A stretch of DNA of 64,000 nucleotides from an uncultured Gemmatimonadaceae bacterium (lineage in GTDB: Bacteria > Gemmatimonadota > Gemmatimonadetes > Gemmatimonadales > Gemmatimonadaceae). Of this stretch, positions 19,009 to 29,282 are shown piece after piece. Each line of letters starts with the position of its first letter. The stretch's first letter is position 1. The position numbers and the translations under genes are program-made. The stretch lies in assembly GCA_963761305.1 (NCBI GenBank), contig CAVXGK010000001.1:1727417-1791416 (forward strand), read 5' to 3'. Under the pieces are notes generated by a model. That model was given only the letters and a program-made list of their open reading frames with translations. It had not been told where the DNA came from and ran no database searches.

Positions 19009-19132
19009 GCTCGGCCTGCTCCCTTCGGCGATGAGCGTCGAGGTGATACGGCTTCGAGCGGTCGACAGTCGACAAATATCTTGTGGACGAACTTTGAAAG
19101 ACGATGTTCGCTGAGACCCAGCGATGCATCCA

Positions 19133-19714
19133 TCAGCCGAAGCGCACCTCGCCACTCCTCGACGGTGTCAGGGCCATGCATCGCCGGTCGTTCGTAAAGT
19201 AGACAAGCGCAAGATGCGCATCGATGTCATTGTCCTCGCGCAAGAACTGCAGGAATGCCAAACGATTTGCGTACTGAAAGAAAGGGCTGCTAGCCCAATC
19301 AACCTTAGAGCGCGGAGCCAAAGACCTTCGCGTACGGCCGAGAGATTTGCGAATGGTCTCAAGGGATGTCCCCGCCGCTCTTGACGCGCCCGAAAGAAGC
19401 TCTGGAATGTGAGCTTTGGCCTCTAACAGAACGTATTGGTCATCTATCACCGCGATCGCATCCCACACCGGGCCACGGCGAGGCCAGAAGTCCGCGAGGG
19501 GGCGGCGGCTAGGCTCTCTGCCAATTTGACGAAAGACCTCGCCATCGCGCGCCTCACGAAACTCAGGAGCATGCGGCGATTTCCAGGATACTTCGGTGTT
19601 GGGTCGGCCGACCGCGCTCGACAATGCGGTTTCAAGTGCCGGCATCCGCGTCGACACCGCTCGCTGTATCCAAGCTTGGCTGCCCCGCTCGGCTGACTGC
19701 GTGTTTTCGGCCAT
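19133..19714 (-). CDS. Putative PD-(D/E)XK-superfamily nuclease (C-terminus probably frameshifted)
   Basis: FWPRRGPVWDAIA...LLEAKAH, followed by FQYANRLA. Confidence 0.55.
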   Translation of the reverse strand: MAENTQSAERGSQAWIQRAVSTRMPALETALSSAVGRPNTEVSWKSPHAPEFREARDGEVFRQIGREPSRRPLADFWPRRGPVWDAIAVIDDQYVLLEAKAHIPELLSGASRAAGTSLETIRKSLGRTRRSLAPRSKVDWASSPFFQYANRLAFLQFLREDNDIDAHLALVYFTNDRRCMALTPSRSGEVRFG

Positions 19715-19766
19715 AGTCGCTCCAGAAGTGGTTGGTATCGACGCGTTGGCGGGACCTACCGCTGAC

Positions 19767-20861
19767 CTATTTGATCACGGTCTCGATGCCAAGCTGGTCA
19801 TGCTCGACGACGGCGCGCGGAAAACGCGCCGGAAGCAACGCCAGCAAATCACGGTGTATCCCCGACCACGGCTGTGACAAGTTCAGAGTGGCGGCCAGGA
19901 AGGGATGACCGAACAACGCAACGCTCACCCGCAGGCTTTCCGTCGTTCGCGGGTAAACCAATATGCCTCCCACCCGAGCTCTATCCTCACCGGGCGTGAG
20001 ATGGCTCATGTAGGCGAACATCTGGTAGAGATTCGCCGAATGTAGGCTGCTCTTCGTGAAGTGCTCACCCAGTGCGGCGGAATAGTACTTGGCGTCGACA
20101 ACGATGGTCTGAGTCCTGTCGTTCAAGACAATGTCGGTACGCATTTCAGGCAGGTACGCCAGATCTTCATCGGCCCCGCTCGCTCGCCAACCGAAGCGCG
20201 GTGCGTTCACCTCAAAATGCCTCTGCTCTTTGGCGAAAAAGCGCCGGAGGAACTTCTCGAAGAGCCCCGCCATCTGCTGATCGTCCCTCGTGAAGTCACG
20301 GAACTCGACCTCGCCGGTGTCCTCGTTGACGAGCAGGTTTCGATGGACGATCTCACACACATCCAAGAGGAACCCGTAGTACGCATTGTTGCGGCCGAGC
20401 ACGACCCTACGGAAACTCTGTCCAGTGATTCGCGTTTCTTGTACCCCGGGCATTCGGCGGTACAGATCCCTGAGTCGTTCCGCTAGGTCCGGGTTCAAAT
20501 CGGCCGCGGCGGCGAGACGCCGCAGCGTCGTCTTGACGATTCGGTTGTGCACCACGTCGGGCGAGAGCTCATCGAAGACACAGTGGGCACGCGCGCGGGC
20601 GAACGTCGTGCGTTTGATCGATGCCCCGAGATCCAATCTCCCTCTGATTCCCGCAATTTCATCCTCGTCGGTGACGTACGTTCGGTCTAGGCCGCGCTTC
20701 AGCAAATGCGTCAGCCCACCGATGAGAACACGGGCTAGCAGGTCCTGAAGCCGCATTTCCGGCGTCACGGTCACGCTCGCGAGTTCGGCCTCCTCCAGTG
20801 TGTCCCACGCATAACAGAGCAGGTAGTAGATGTTCTCGATCGGAATGACGGCTGGAGGCAC
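19767..20861 (-). CDS. mcrC: McrC-family restriction endonuclease subunit
   Basis: IPIENIYYLLCYAW, LFEKF, MRTDIVL, VDAKYY and NLYQMFAY; directly downstream of mcrB. Confidence 0.92.
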   Translation of the reverse strand: MPPAVIPIENIYYLLCYAWDTLEEAELASVTVTPEMRLQDLLARVLIGGLTHLLKRGLDRTYVTDEDEIAGIRGRLDLGASIKRTTFARARAHCVFDELSPDVVHNRIVKTTLRRLAAAADLNPDLAERLRDLYRRMPGVQETRITGQSFRRVVLGRNNAYYGFLLDVCEIVHRNLLVNEDTGEVEFRDFTRDDQQMAGLFEKFLRRFFAKEQRHFEVNAPRFGWRASGADEDLAYLPEMRTDIVLNDRTQTIVVDAKYYSAALGEHFTKSSLHSANLYQMFAYMSHLTPGEDRARVGGILVYPRTTESLRVSVALFGHPFLAATLNLSQPWSGIHRDLLALLPARFPRAVVEHDQLGIETVIK

Positions 20862-20864
20862 GCG

Positions 20865-23092
20865 TCAATCCGAGAGAATCTTGAGACACTCTGCGACCGT
20901 AGTGCGATCGTCGAACCAGTATTCGTCCAGCAAGGGAGCGATCTCCTCCCGCACGACGCCGGCGTACCAGGCCGACGACTGGGTCACAGGACCGGTCGGG
21001 CAGAAGTAGCTGTGGCCGATGGCAAAACCGGGGCCCAGGTTCTTGTGATCCGCCGCGATCCGCCTGTTAACCTCACCGACACGTTCGAGAATCCGATCGA
21101 TGACCGCGTCGTCAACGCCTCGCTCGAGGAGCATGCGGCGGAACGGCCGGGCTCGCGAATGCGGGTTCGAGCGTCACGAACGCGAATCGCCGCCGCAGAG
21201 CGTAATCCACCATCGCTAGCGAGCGATCGGCTGTGTTCATCAAGCCTATGATGAAGACATTGTCTGGGACATAGAATGTGTCACTCGCCGATTCAGCGTA
21301 CGTGAGGGGGATGGCGAACTCCGGCCCCCGCTTGTCGCCCTCAATCAGAAGGAGCAGTTCGCCGAATACTTTGCTCAGATTGCCGCGGTTGATCTCGTCG
21401 ATGACGAAAACGTGCGGCTCGCCGGGTCGAGACTGCGCTCGGCGGCAGAACTCGTGGAAGACGCCGTTGCGCAGCGCGAAACCACCACCGCCATTTGGGC
21501 GCCATCCTTGAATGAAATCCTCATAGGCATAGCTCTGATGAAACTGCACCATCTGCACGTTGTCGGGCGATTCGGCCCCGACCAGCGCATACGCCAGCCG
21601 TCGCGCGAGAAATGATTTGCCGACTCCCGGAGAGCCCTGGATAATCAAATTTTTCCGGCGGCGGATGCTGGCGAGAATCTGTTCTACTGTGTCGCGGGAC
21701 AGGAAAGCCTCCCGCAGGATGTCTTCAACCCCGTAGGGCTTCGGTTCGGCAAGGGCCGGGACGCCGGCTCCGCTCTGCTCGCGAACGACCTCGCGAACTG
21801 CCTGATACTGCGTAATGTCGGTGAGGGTCTTGAGCGGGAGCTGCGCGGTTTCGGGAAGCGTCCAGTTGCCCTTCTGAAGCCACTCGACGCGGCGGACGTT
21901 TCGGAAGTCGGGTCTGGACGAGTCGTATTGGTACTCGCTGGCGATGCGACCGCGGCCGAGGATGCGATCGCGGCCTTGTTTCACGTAGACCTCGTCACCG
22001 ACGGCAATGTCGTGACAGAACTGGTAGCAGGCGAGCGAGTCGTTCGTGGGATCCTGCTCGCGGTCATACAGCCGCTTGATCGCCGCACGAATGTCGTCCT
22101 GCTTCGAATACTGCCCCAGGTCGCCGAGCTCATCCCAGCCGATCGCGACGAGCCCCTGCTCTAGGAATGCGGGCCATCGATCGGCGCCTTGCCCCGCACC
22201 GATCGCCCACACTCGGGCCTTGGACGGGTAGGGTCTGGCGGGCAATGGCTCACTAATCTGCGTCGCGTCGGCCTTCTCGGGCGGATCGGCGTCGCGCCAC
22301 CGCGCAGCGATTTCAGGTACTTCGTAAAAGTCGACCCAAGTCCCCGGTCGTTCCGCTTCCAAGGCGTGTCGCAAGTGCCAGAGCCGTCGATCGCGGGCCA
22401 ACGCTGTCGGTGCGCGATCTTTCAAGTCCAGCGCCTGCGCCTGAAGCATCCCGGCGAATGCCCTCTCAACGCTTTTTTTGTCCGACTTCGAGGAGATTCG
22501 CTCGAACTCGTCGGGAAAGAGAAGGTGAAGGAGCATATGGCGGAGTTGCCGGGACGTTGCATCAGGCAACCGGTCGAACCAGTCGGCGAACCCCCACGGA
22601 TCCTTGAGCAGCGATGCGCGCTCCGAGACATCCAAGGCCTTTATCGCCTCGGTGAACCGAACTAGCAGGAACAGCTCGAAAGGGCCGGTAGTTGTTGTAG
22701 CCCATGCCCCCGCTGCCAATTCCCCTCTCGAAGACGTCGAGCATTCGATTGGGGTCGCGCAGTGGAGTGCCGGACCAATCCCACACTGTGCGGACGAGAT
22801 TGACCTTCGTGGCGCGCTTGAGATTGCTCGGGAACAGCATCATCACCCAAAGCATCTCCGCGGCCAGCTGCGTCGCTTCCGTCGGAGCCGGCGCCAGCTG
22901 ATCGCGCAGCTTTTCTTCGAACGTGCGATCACCCTCGTCCGGCTTCTCAACGAAATGTTGGACGAGGTCGCGGGCGTGCTCAATTGTCCAAATGGCGCCC
23001 GCCTGGAAGATCGACCCGTCGGCGACGAGGCAATCGCGTTTCCATCGATCGGCTGCGTCGTAGATGACGGTGTTCTCAGTTAGTCGCGCCAC
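20865..23092 (-). CDS. mcrB: McrB-family AAA+ GTPase with extended N-terminus and an EVE/PUA-like domain (frameshifts near 22685 and 21140)
   Basis: [44 protein letters not shown] and IGHSYF, spread over ORFs 22562-23092, 21112-22719 and 20865-21134. Confidence 0.92.
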
Positions 23093-23166
23093 GGAATCCG
23101 AAAGGTTTCAGGTGACTGTAGTGGAAAGAGAGCGAATGTGGCTGGCGCGGGCGTCTGATCATCGGG

Positions 23167-24330
23167 CTATCGGCCTGAACGGGCAAGCTCAGAGAGAAGG
23201 CCCGTCTGTCCGATGCCCAACACCCGATCGCGCCAACGCTGGGCATCCGACACCGCGACCGCCTTGCTGTGGGCCGCCGGATTTCGGACGTCAGACAATT
23301 CCCTCAGCACAGCGGGGAGGCTGGCCGTGAACCACTCTCCGCTGGCACCGAGTCGGCGCTTGAGTGCCTGGTTCAGGTGCTGCGCCTCGCCGATGAGGCG
23401 CGCCAGCGCACCGAGAGGCCAGTGTTCGCCGGCTGTTGGATCAACGCTACGTCCATCGACGTTGGTCAGACGATCGGATGTGGGCACCCCAGACAGCCCG
23501 CGGCGGAGGATGATGTTCGTCTGAAGCTCGATTGCCTTTGCGAAGTCGAGGACGACGGGCGAGAAGTCAAACGCGGGGTCCCTTCTGTGGGCGCGAAAGA
23601 GTGATTCAGCTGTCGCAACGAACGTGCGAACCGCCGGATCAAGCGCGTGCCAAGTTCTCTGGCCGACGACGTTGTCTCGCAATTCCCCTTCGAGTTCGCC
23701 GATACCAGCTCGCTCGGCGTCGAACTCGACCCAATACCGCCCTTCGATCAGCTTCTCTCGAACGTCCGGCTCGAAGTACCGTGCGCCATCGTCCCTAGTG
23801 ACGATCAGCGGCAGTTCTACCATTCCGCCGTAGATCGAGACTGGTCGGTCATTGTAGCGGGTGTTGCGCAACTTCTTGAGCTCCTCGATGACAGCGATGG
23901 TATCGTCCAAAATCACGCGGCGAATGTCGAATAGTTTGAACCAGCAGTCGCACCGGAGATCGGACGTTCGATAGAAAGCTGGAACGTACGCCTCCTCTCT
24001 TTTGTCGGCGCGCAGATCGTTAGCGATGATCTCGCCGACGTGCCCGACGTATAGCGATCGGTAGTCTGTCAAATAGAGATGTACCTCTTCGTCGCCATCG
24101 GCCTCCTGTCGAAGCACCTCATCCATGGCGAGAATGTCGTCCAGGTGCGGTAACGGCGCTTGGCGGTTTGGAGACTTGGCCTTGCCCCACCAGACGAACA
24201 CGTCCTCTTCCTCGAGTTTTCCGTCTCGGTGCGCGCGAGCGTGTTGAAGAAGCAGAGCCACGCTCGCGCTCATTGCATCGGCCGCGTAGGCCGGATTCCA
24301 CACGCTGACCAGGTGACGCGCGCTTGTCAT
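23167..24330 (-). CDS. Uncharacterised protein with C-terminal HEPN-like Rx4H motif (recalls the HP0729 family)
   Basis: WNP.Y, WWGK, LYLTDYRSLYV and SIYGG in the N-terminus; helical C-terminus with KAIE...RNPAAH. Confidence 0.6.
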   Translation of the reverse strand: MTSARHLVSVWNPAYAADAMSASVALLLQHARAHRDGKLEEEDVFVWWGKAKSPNRQAPLPHLDDILAMDEVLRQEADGDEEVHLYLTDYRSLYVGHVGEIIANDLRADKREEAYVPAFYRTSDLRCDCWFKLFDIRRVILDDTIAVIEELKKLRNTRYNDRPVSIYGGMVELPLIVTRDDGARYFEPDVREKLIEGRYWVEFDAERAGIGELEGELRDNVVGQRTWHALDPAVRTFVATAESLFRAHRRDPAFDFSPVVLDFAKAIELQTNIILRRGLSGVPTSDRLTNVDGRSVDPTAGEHWPLGALARLIGEAQHLNQALKRRLGASGEWFTASLPAVLRELSDVRNPAAHSKAVAVSDAQRWRDRVLGIGQTGLLSELARSGR

Positions 24331-24522
24331 TCCGTGCTCCCGGGGACACTGGGCGGTTCAGACTGCCGGCGTGACGATATCGGTGACATCGACGCGGGCG
24401 GCGAGCCAAACGGGACTATTGGTCAAGTCCGTTTGGCGAACCAGCAGTCAGAATCGGCCGTGAATGTGCACCCCAGCCGCCGATCCCGCGAGACGCCTGG
24501 CACGTATCGCAACATCAGCGTT

Positions 24523-25110
24523 CTAATTGCTCTTCTCTTCGGCCGTTACGATTGCCTCGGCCGGTTCGGCTCCGGCGAAAACCACGCTCATCAAGCCCGG
24601 GAAGTAGTGTTCGCAGCACCCCAGCGCCGTGTGAACCATGCGTCGGATCATCTCGGGGACGATCGCCCCACCGCTCGCGTCGATGGTCAGGCGAAACCGC
24701 ATCTCGCCGTCGCCCGGATCCAACTCGAAGTTTCCGGTGCGTAGCCGCCAGTTGGCCCGATTCAGGTAGTCCAAGGCGCGGGCGCGTTGTGGCTCGGGTG
24801 CGTTGACGCCGATCTCCGCCACGCAGAGCAGTACCGGCCGGTCATCGTATGCCTTGAAGCACAGGCGATAGGATGCGTGGATCGCTCGCACGGAACAGCA
24901 TATCTGATTGACGCCAAGGAGATGTGATTGCCACTGGAATTCGCCGAGGACTCCGGCGACCGTCGCAATCAGCGGGTGCGGAACCATCGCCTCCTGACGT
25001 TCGACGACTCCGCTAAGCTGTTGCCCTGTCAGCGTGTCGAGCCAGATCTCTGTTCCATCGTCGTCCCGGGAAAGACGAACGATTCGCTGCTCATCCTTCT
25101 TTGTCTCCAA
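24523..25110 (-). CDS. YbjN-domain (T3SS-chaperone-fold) protein
   Basis: LNRANWRLRTGNFELDPGDGEMRFR...YFPGLMSV. Confidence 0.8.
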   Translation of the reverse strand: METKKDEQRIVRLSRDDDGTEIWLDTLTGQQLSGVVERQEAMVPHPLIATVAGVLGEFQWQSHLLGVNQICCSVRAIHASYRLCFKAYDDRPVLLCVAEIGVNAPEPQRARALDYLNRANWRLRTGNFELDPGDGEMRFRLTIDASGGAIVPEMIRRMVHTALGCCEHYFPGLMSVVFAGAEPAEAIVTAEEKSN

Positions 25111-25148
25111 GGGTACCTCGCTGAGAAAGCGTTGAAACCCGCTCTCTC

Positions 25149-25170
25149 AACGTACGGCACCCCTCTGACA
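25149..25170 (-). promoter_or_regulatory. PafBC-type promoter TGTCAG-N10-TACGTT
   Basis: Minus strand reads GAC TGTCAG AGGGGTGCCG TACGTT GAGAG, ~40 nt upstream of the ybjN-like gene. Confidence 0.75.
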
Positions 25171-25216
25171 GTCGACTCGTGGATGCGGTTGCGGGTCGCG
25201 GTGCGCGCAGCCAGAC

Positions 25217-25238
25217 TGTCAGACCCCACCGTGAGATT
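25217..25238 (+). promoter_or_regulatory. Divergent PafBC-type promoter TGTCAG-N10-GAGATT
   Basis: GAC TGTCAG ACCCCACCGT GAGATT GAG, 23 nt before ATG 25262; the -10 has one mismatch to TANNNT. Confidence 0.55.
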
Positions 25239-25261
25239 GAGCACCATCCACAGGCCACCGA

Positions 25262-28200
25262 ATGCAACCTGACGGCGCCGCCGTTCTCTACTCCGCCAAG
25301 GATCTCATCAACTTCCTTGGCTGCCAGCACAGCACCGCTCTCGACCTCCAAGTCGCGGCGCGCGCGCTGCGCGCGCCGGAAGGTGTCGAAGACGGCTACC
25401 TCGACCTCCTCAAAGCCAAGGGTAACGCGCACGAACGCGCCTATCTCGAAAAGCTGAAGGCCGAAGGCAGGTCCGTGCGCGAGATAACGCGCGTCGAGTC
25501 GCTGGACGAAATGACCGCGGCGACGCGTCAGGCGATGCGTGACGGCGTGGACGTCATCTACCAGGGTGCTCTGCGTTCCGGGCCGTGGCACGGGTATTCG
25601 GATTTTCTCTTGCGCGTCGACGTTGCGTCCGACCTCGGCAACTACTCGTACGAGGTCGCCGACACCAAGCTGGCCCGCACAGCACAACCCAAGCACGTCG
25701 TACAGCTGTGCATCTACTCCGAACTGGTCGCGCGCGAGCAGGGGCTGCGCCCGAAGCACACGCATGTCGTGCTCGGCGACAGCAGCGCGGTGACCTTGAG
25801 GGTCGAAGACTACCGCCACTATGTGGACGTCGTGCGCGAGCGGTTCGAAGCGTTCGCCACCGGCAAGCACGAGACGGAAGCCGAGCCTTGTTCGCACTGC
25901 GAGCTTTGCCGCTGGTCGGAGCGCTGCACCGAGGAGTGGGAGGCGACCGACAGCCTCCGACTCGTCGCACGGCTCAGCGGCACACAAGCCACAAAGTTGC
26001 GCGCCGCGGGGGTGACGAACCTCCGCGAGCTGGCTGTTGTCGACGATCGCCAGATCCCGAAAATGCGGGCTGAGACCCTCCAGCGCTTGCGCGCGCAGGC
26101 TCGGCTTCAGGACGTGAAGCGCAGAACTGGTGAGAACTGCGTCGAAACGCTAACGCTGGAACCGCACCGCGGTTTCGCGCGCCTGCCACAGCCGCACCAA
26201 GGCGACCTCTTCTTCGACATGGAGGGCGATCCGGTCTACTCGGCGGATGGCTCCCTGGAATACCTGTTCGGATTTCACCACGTGGACGCCGGCGAAGAAA
26301 AGTTCACGCCGTTTTGGGCGCGCGACCGTGCCTCGGAGAAGAAAGCATTCGAAGACGCCCTCGATTTCATCACGGCGCGGATTGCGCGGTTTCCCGACGC
26401 GTTCGTCTACCACTACGCCGTCGTACGAGGAAGTCGCGCTCAGAAAGTTGGCGCGGAAATACGGCACCTCGGTGTCGGCTGCGGTGGCCGAGCCGGACAA
26501 GAAACAGGTAGACGCCATCAAGCGGCTGGCACAGCAGTACGGCACGCGCGAGGACCAGGTTGACGACCTGCTCCGAGGCCGCAAGCTGGTAGACCTATAT
26601 AAGGTAGTCCGAGAGGGGATCCGAGACCTCCGAGCCATCATACTCGCTCAAGAACCTCGAGGCGTTCTACGCCCCGGAGCGGACGGAGGTGATCACGAGC
26701 GGCAGCGACAGCATCGTCGCGTTCGAGCGCTGGCTCGCGCTGGGCGACGAGACGCTGCTCCACCAAATCGAGGAGTACAACGCGTTCGACTGCCGCTCGA
26801 CGAAGCTCTGCCGCGATTGGTTGCTGTCGCTGCGGCCCGTCCGAGGTGGAGTGGTTCGATCCCAAGAAAGCGGACGCGCAAGACGCCGAGAAGGAAAAGG
26901 AGCGCGAGGCGAAGCGCCGAGCCAGCGACGCGCGCATTCTTGAACTTCGCCAGGCGCTCGTTCTGAACGTCTCCGACGACGAACGCCCGTGGCGCGAGCT
27001 CCTCGGTTACCTGCTGGAATACCACCGCCGCGAGGCGCGGCAGGAATGGTGGCAGTTCTTCGCACGCCGGGACGCGCGTGTCGAAGAATTGATCGAGGAT
27101 GCTGACTGCATCGGTGGGCTGATCGTGGACACATCGGTGCCACTCAGCGGCCTGAGAAGAAGTCGAAGGTTTGGACGCTACGCTTTCCGGAGCAGGAGCT
27201 GAAGCTCGGCGCCGGCGACAAGGTGGTGCGCGCGGATACTGGTGAGGGGCTCGAGATCATGTCGCTCGACGAGCGCGCGTGTACACTGGAGCTCAAGGTG
27301 GGTCCGTCGCGCGAGCCATTGATCGACGGCATCTCGTTGATCCCGCCGCGGCCCGATGAACGACACCACTCAGCGCGAGGCGATCGTCAGGTATGCCGAG
27401 GCGGTTATTGCCGGACGCGAGAAGGACTACGCCGCAATAACGAGCATCGTTCGGAAGGATCCGTCCGAGGCTGACGGACGCGGTCATCTTGGGCGGAGGC
27501 GGCACGTCGGACTTGCTGTCAGGGACAATCGACGCGGTCGGACGAATGGACAACTCGCACCTGGTCATTCAGGGCCCGCCCGGCACCGGCAAGACATTCA
27601 CGTCGGCACATGCGATCGTCGAGCTGTTGAAGAATGGCAAGCGCGTCGGGGTCACCGCCTTTACGCACAAGGCGATCAACAATCTGCTGAATAAGATCGA
27701 AGAGGTTGCCCGGGAGCGCGGCGTGAAGTTCACGGGCGTGAAGAAGTCCTCGAGCGACACCGAACAACGGCTCGGCGGTTCAGTCATAGTAGACACGGAC
27801 GACAACGCCGTCGCGACCAGCGACGACTATCAACTCGTCGCCGGTACGGCGTGGCTGTTTTCACGGCCGGAGCTTGACCGCAGGCTCGATTACCTGTTCG
27901 TGGATGAAGCCGGCCAGATGAGCCTCGCGAGCGTCGTGTCATGTGGCGCGAGCGCCAGGAACATCGTGCTCGTGGGAGACCAGATGCAGCTCTCGCAGCC
28001 GGTCAAGGGCGCGCACCCGGGCGGGAGCGGCGTCTCTGCGTTGGATCACCTGATGGGTGACTGGGCCACGGTGCCGGAGGACCGTGGGATCTTTCTCGCG
28101 AAGACATGGCGCATGCAACCCGACCTGTGCCGGTTCGTGTCGGATGCCTTTTACGACGGGCGGCTCGAGTCGGTGGAGTCCGCCGCGCAACAGAAGCTGA

Positions 28201-28711
28201 TTCTTTCGGGCGAACGCTCGCGGCGCGCTCGCGCCATTCGGGCTGCGATTCGTGCCGGTGGAGCACGAGGATCGGTCGCAGAAGAGTGACGAGGAAGCCG
28301 ATCGGCTGAACGGCGTATATCGTGAGCTGCTCGGACAATGCTGGGTGAATCAGCGCGGCGAGACGAAGTCGATCACCATGGATGACATTCTCGTGGTGAG
28401 CCCGTACAATATGCAGGTGAATCTGCTGAAGCTCGTGCTGCCGAACGGCGCTCGCGTGGGCACCGTGGACAAGTTTCAGGGCCAGGAGGGCGCCGTGGTG
28501 CTGATCTCGATGGCGGCGTCGAGCGGCGAGCACATTCCGCGCGGGATAGAGTTCCTGTTCGTCGCGAAATCGGTTGAACGTGGCTATGTCTCGTGCTCGT
28601 TGCCTGTCGACCATTCTGGCGTCGCCGCTGCTGTTGGGCGTCACGTGCGGCATTCGGTTCGAGCAGATGCGGCTGGCCAATGTCATTTGCTGGTTCGCGT
28701 CGTATGTCTAA
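25262..28711 (+). CDS. TM0106-family RecB-like nuclease fused to an RNase-H-like domain and an SF1 (DNA2/NAM7-like) helicase; several frameshifts
   Basis: SAKDLINFLGC; DFL...YEVADTK...QLCIY; CxxCxxCxWxxxC; FFDMEGDP; YNAFDC; QGPPGTGKT; VDEAGQ; VGDQMQL; SPYNMQV; GTVDKFQGQE. Confidence 0.9.
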
Positions 28712-28850
28712 GGCGGCCAAAATATCGGTCGACCCTCACAGCTTTCCCCAGTCGGAACGACACCGCCAACTAGGCAATGCGCCACGACCGCTGCAGCGCG
28801 GCGGATTGCACGGACGGTCGCCCGCACAATGAGCATGCAATCGCCCGACG

Positions 28851-29282
28851 ATGGATCGAATCAATAGACGGCGGCGTTCGGCAAACATGGCGGCGATCCG
28901 TGGTCGAGATACGACTCCGGAACGCGCTGTAGCGGCCGCGCTCAAACGTCTGCGATACACCTTTCGGACTCACGCGCGCGAACTACCCGGTCGACCTGAC
29001 TTTGTCCTCCCTCGTCGGCGAATGGCCGTTCTCGTTCACGGCTGCTTCTGGCACCGCCACCGAACCTGTCGATTCGCGTATACGCCGAAATCCCGCATCG
29101 ATTTCTGGATGGCGAAGTTCGCCGAGAACGTTGCCCGCGACCGCAGGGTACGGCAGGCCTTACGGCGCGACGGCTGGCGTGTGATCGAAATATGGGAGTG
29201 CCAGACTGACGAGCCCACGCGACTCGATCGGCGCTTGAAGCGTGCGATCAAGGGGCCCGTAGAGCGGGTTGAAGACCAGTGA
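28851..29282 (+). CDS. vsr: Very-short-patch repair endonuclease
   Basis: RSANMAAIRGRDTTPE, LPGRPDF, HGCFWH and IWEC. Confidence 0.95.
   Translation: MDRINRRRRSANMAAIRGRDTTPERAVAAALKRLRYTFRTHARELPGRPDFVLPRRRMAVLVHGCFWHRHRTCRFAYTPKSRIDFWMAKFAENVARDRRVRQALRRDGWRVIEIWECQTDEPTRLDRRLKRAIKGPVERVEDQ

Noticed and set aside
19030..19090. TGTCGA repeats upstream of pafB as a PafBC autoregulatory promoter
   Set aside because: Neither TGTCGA is followed by a TANNNT hexamer at 10-nt spacing.
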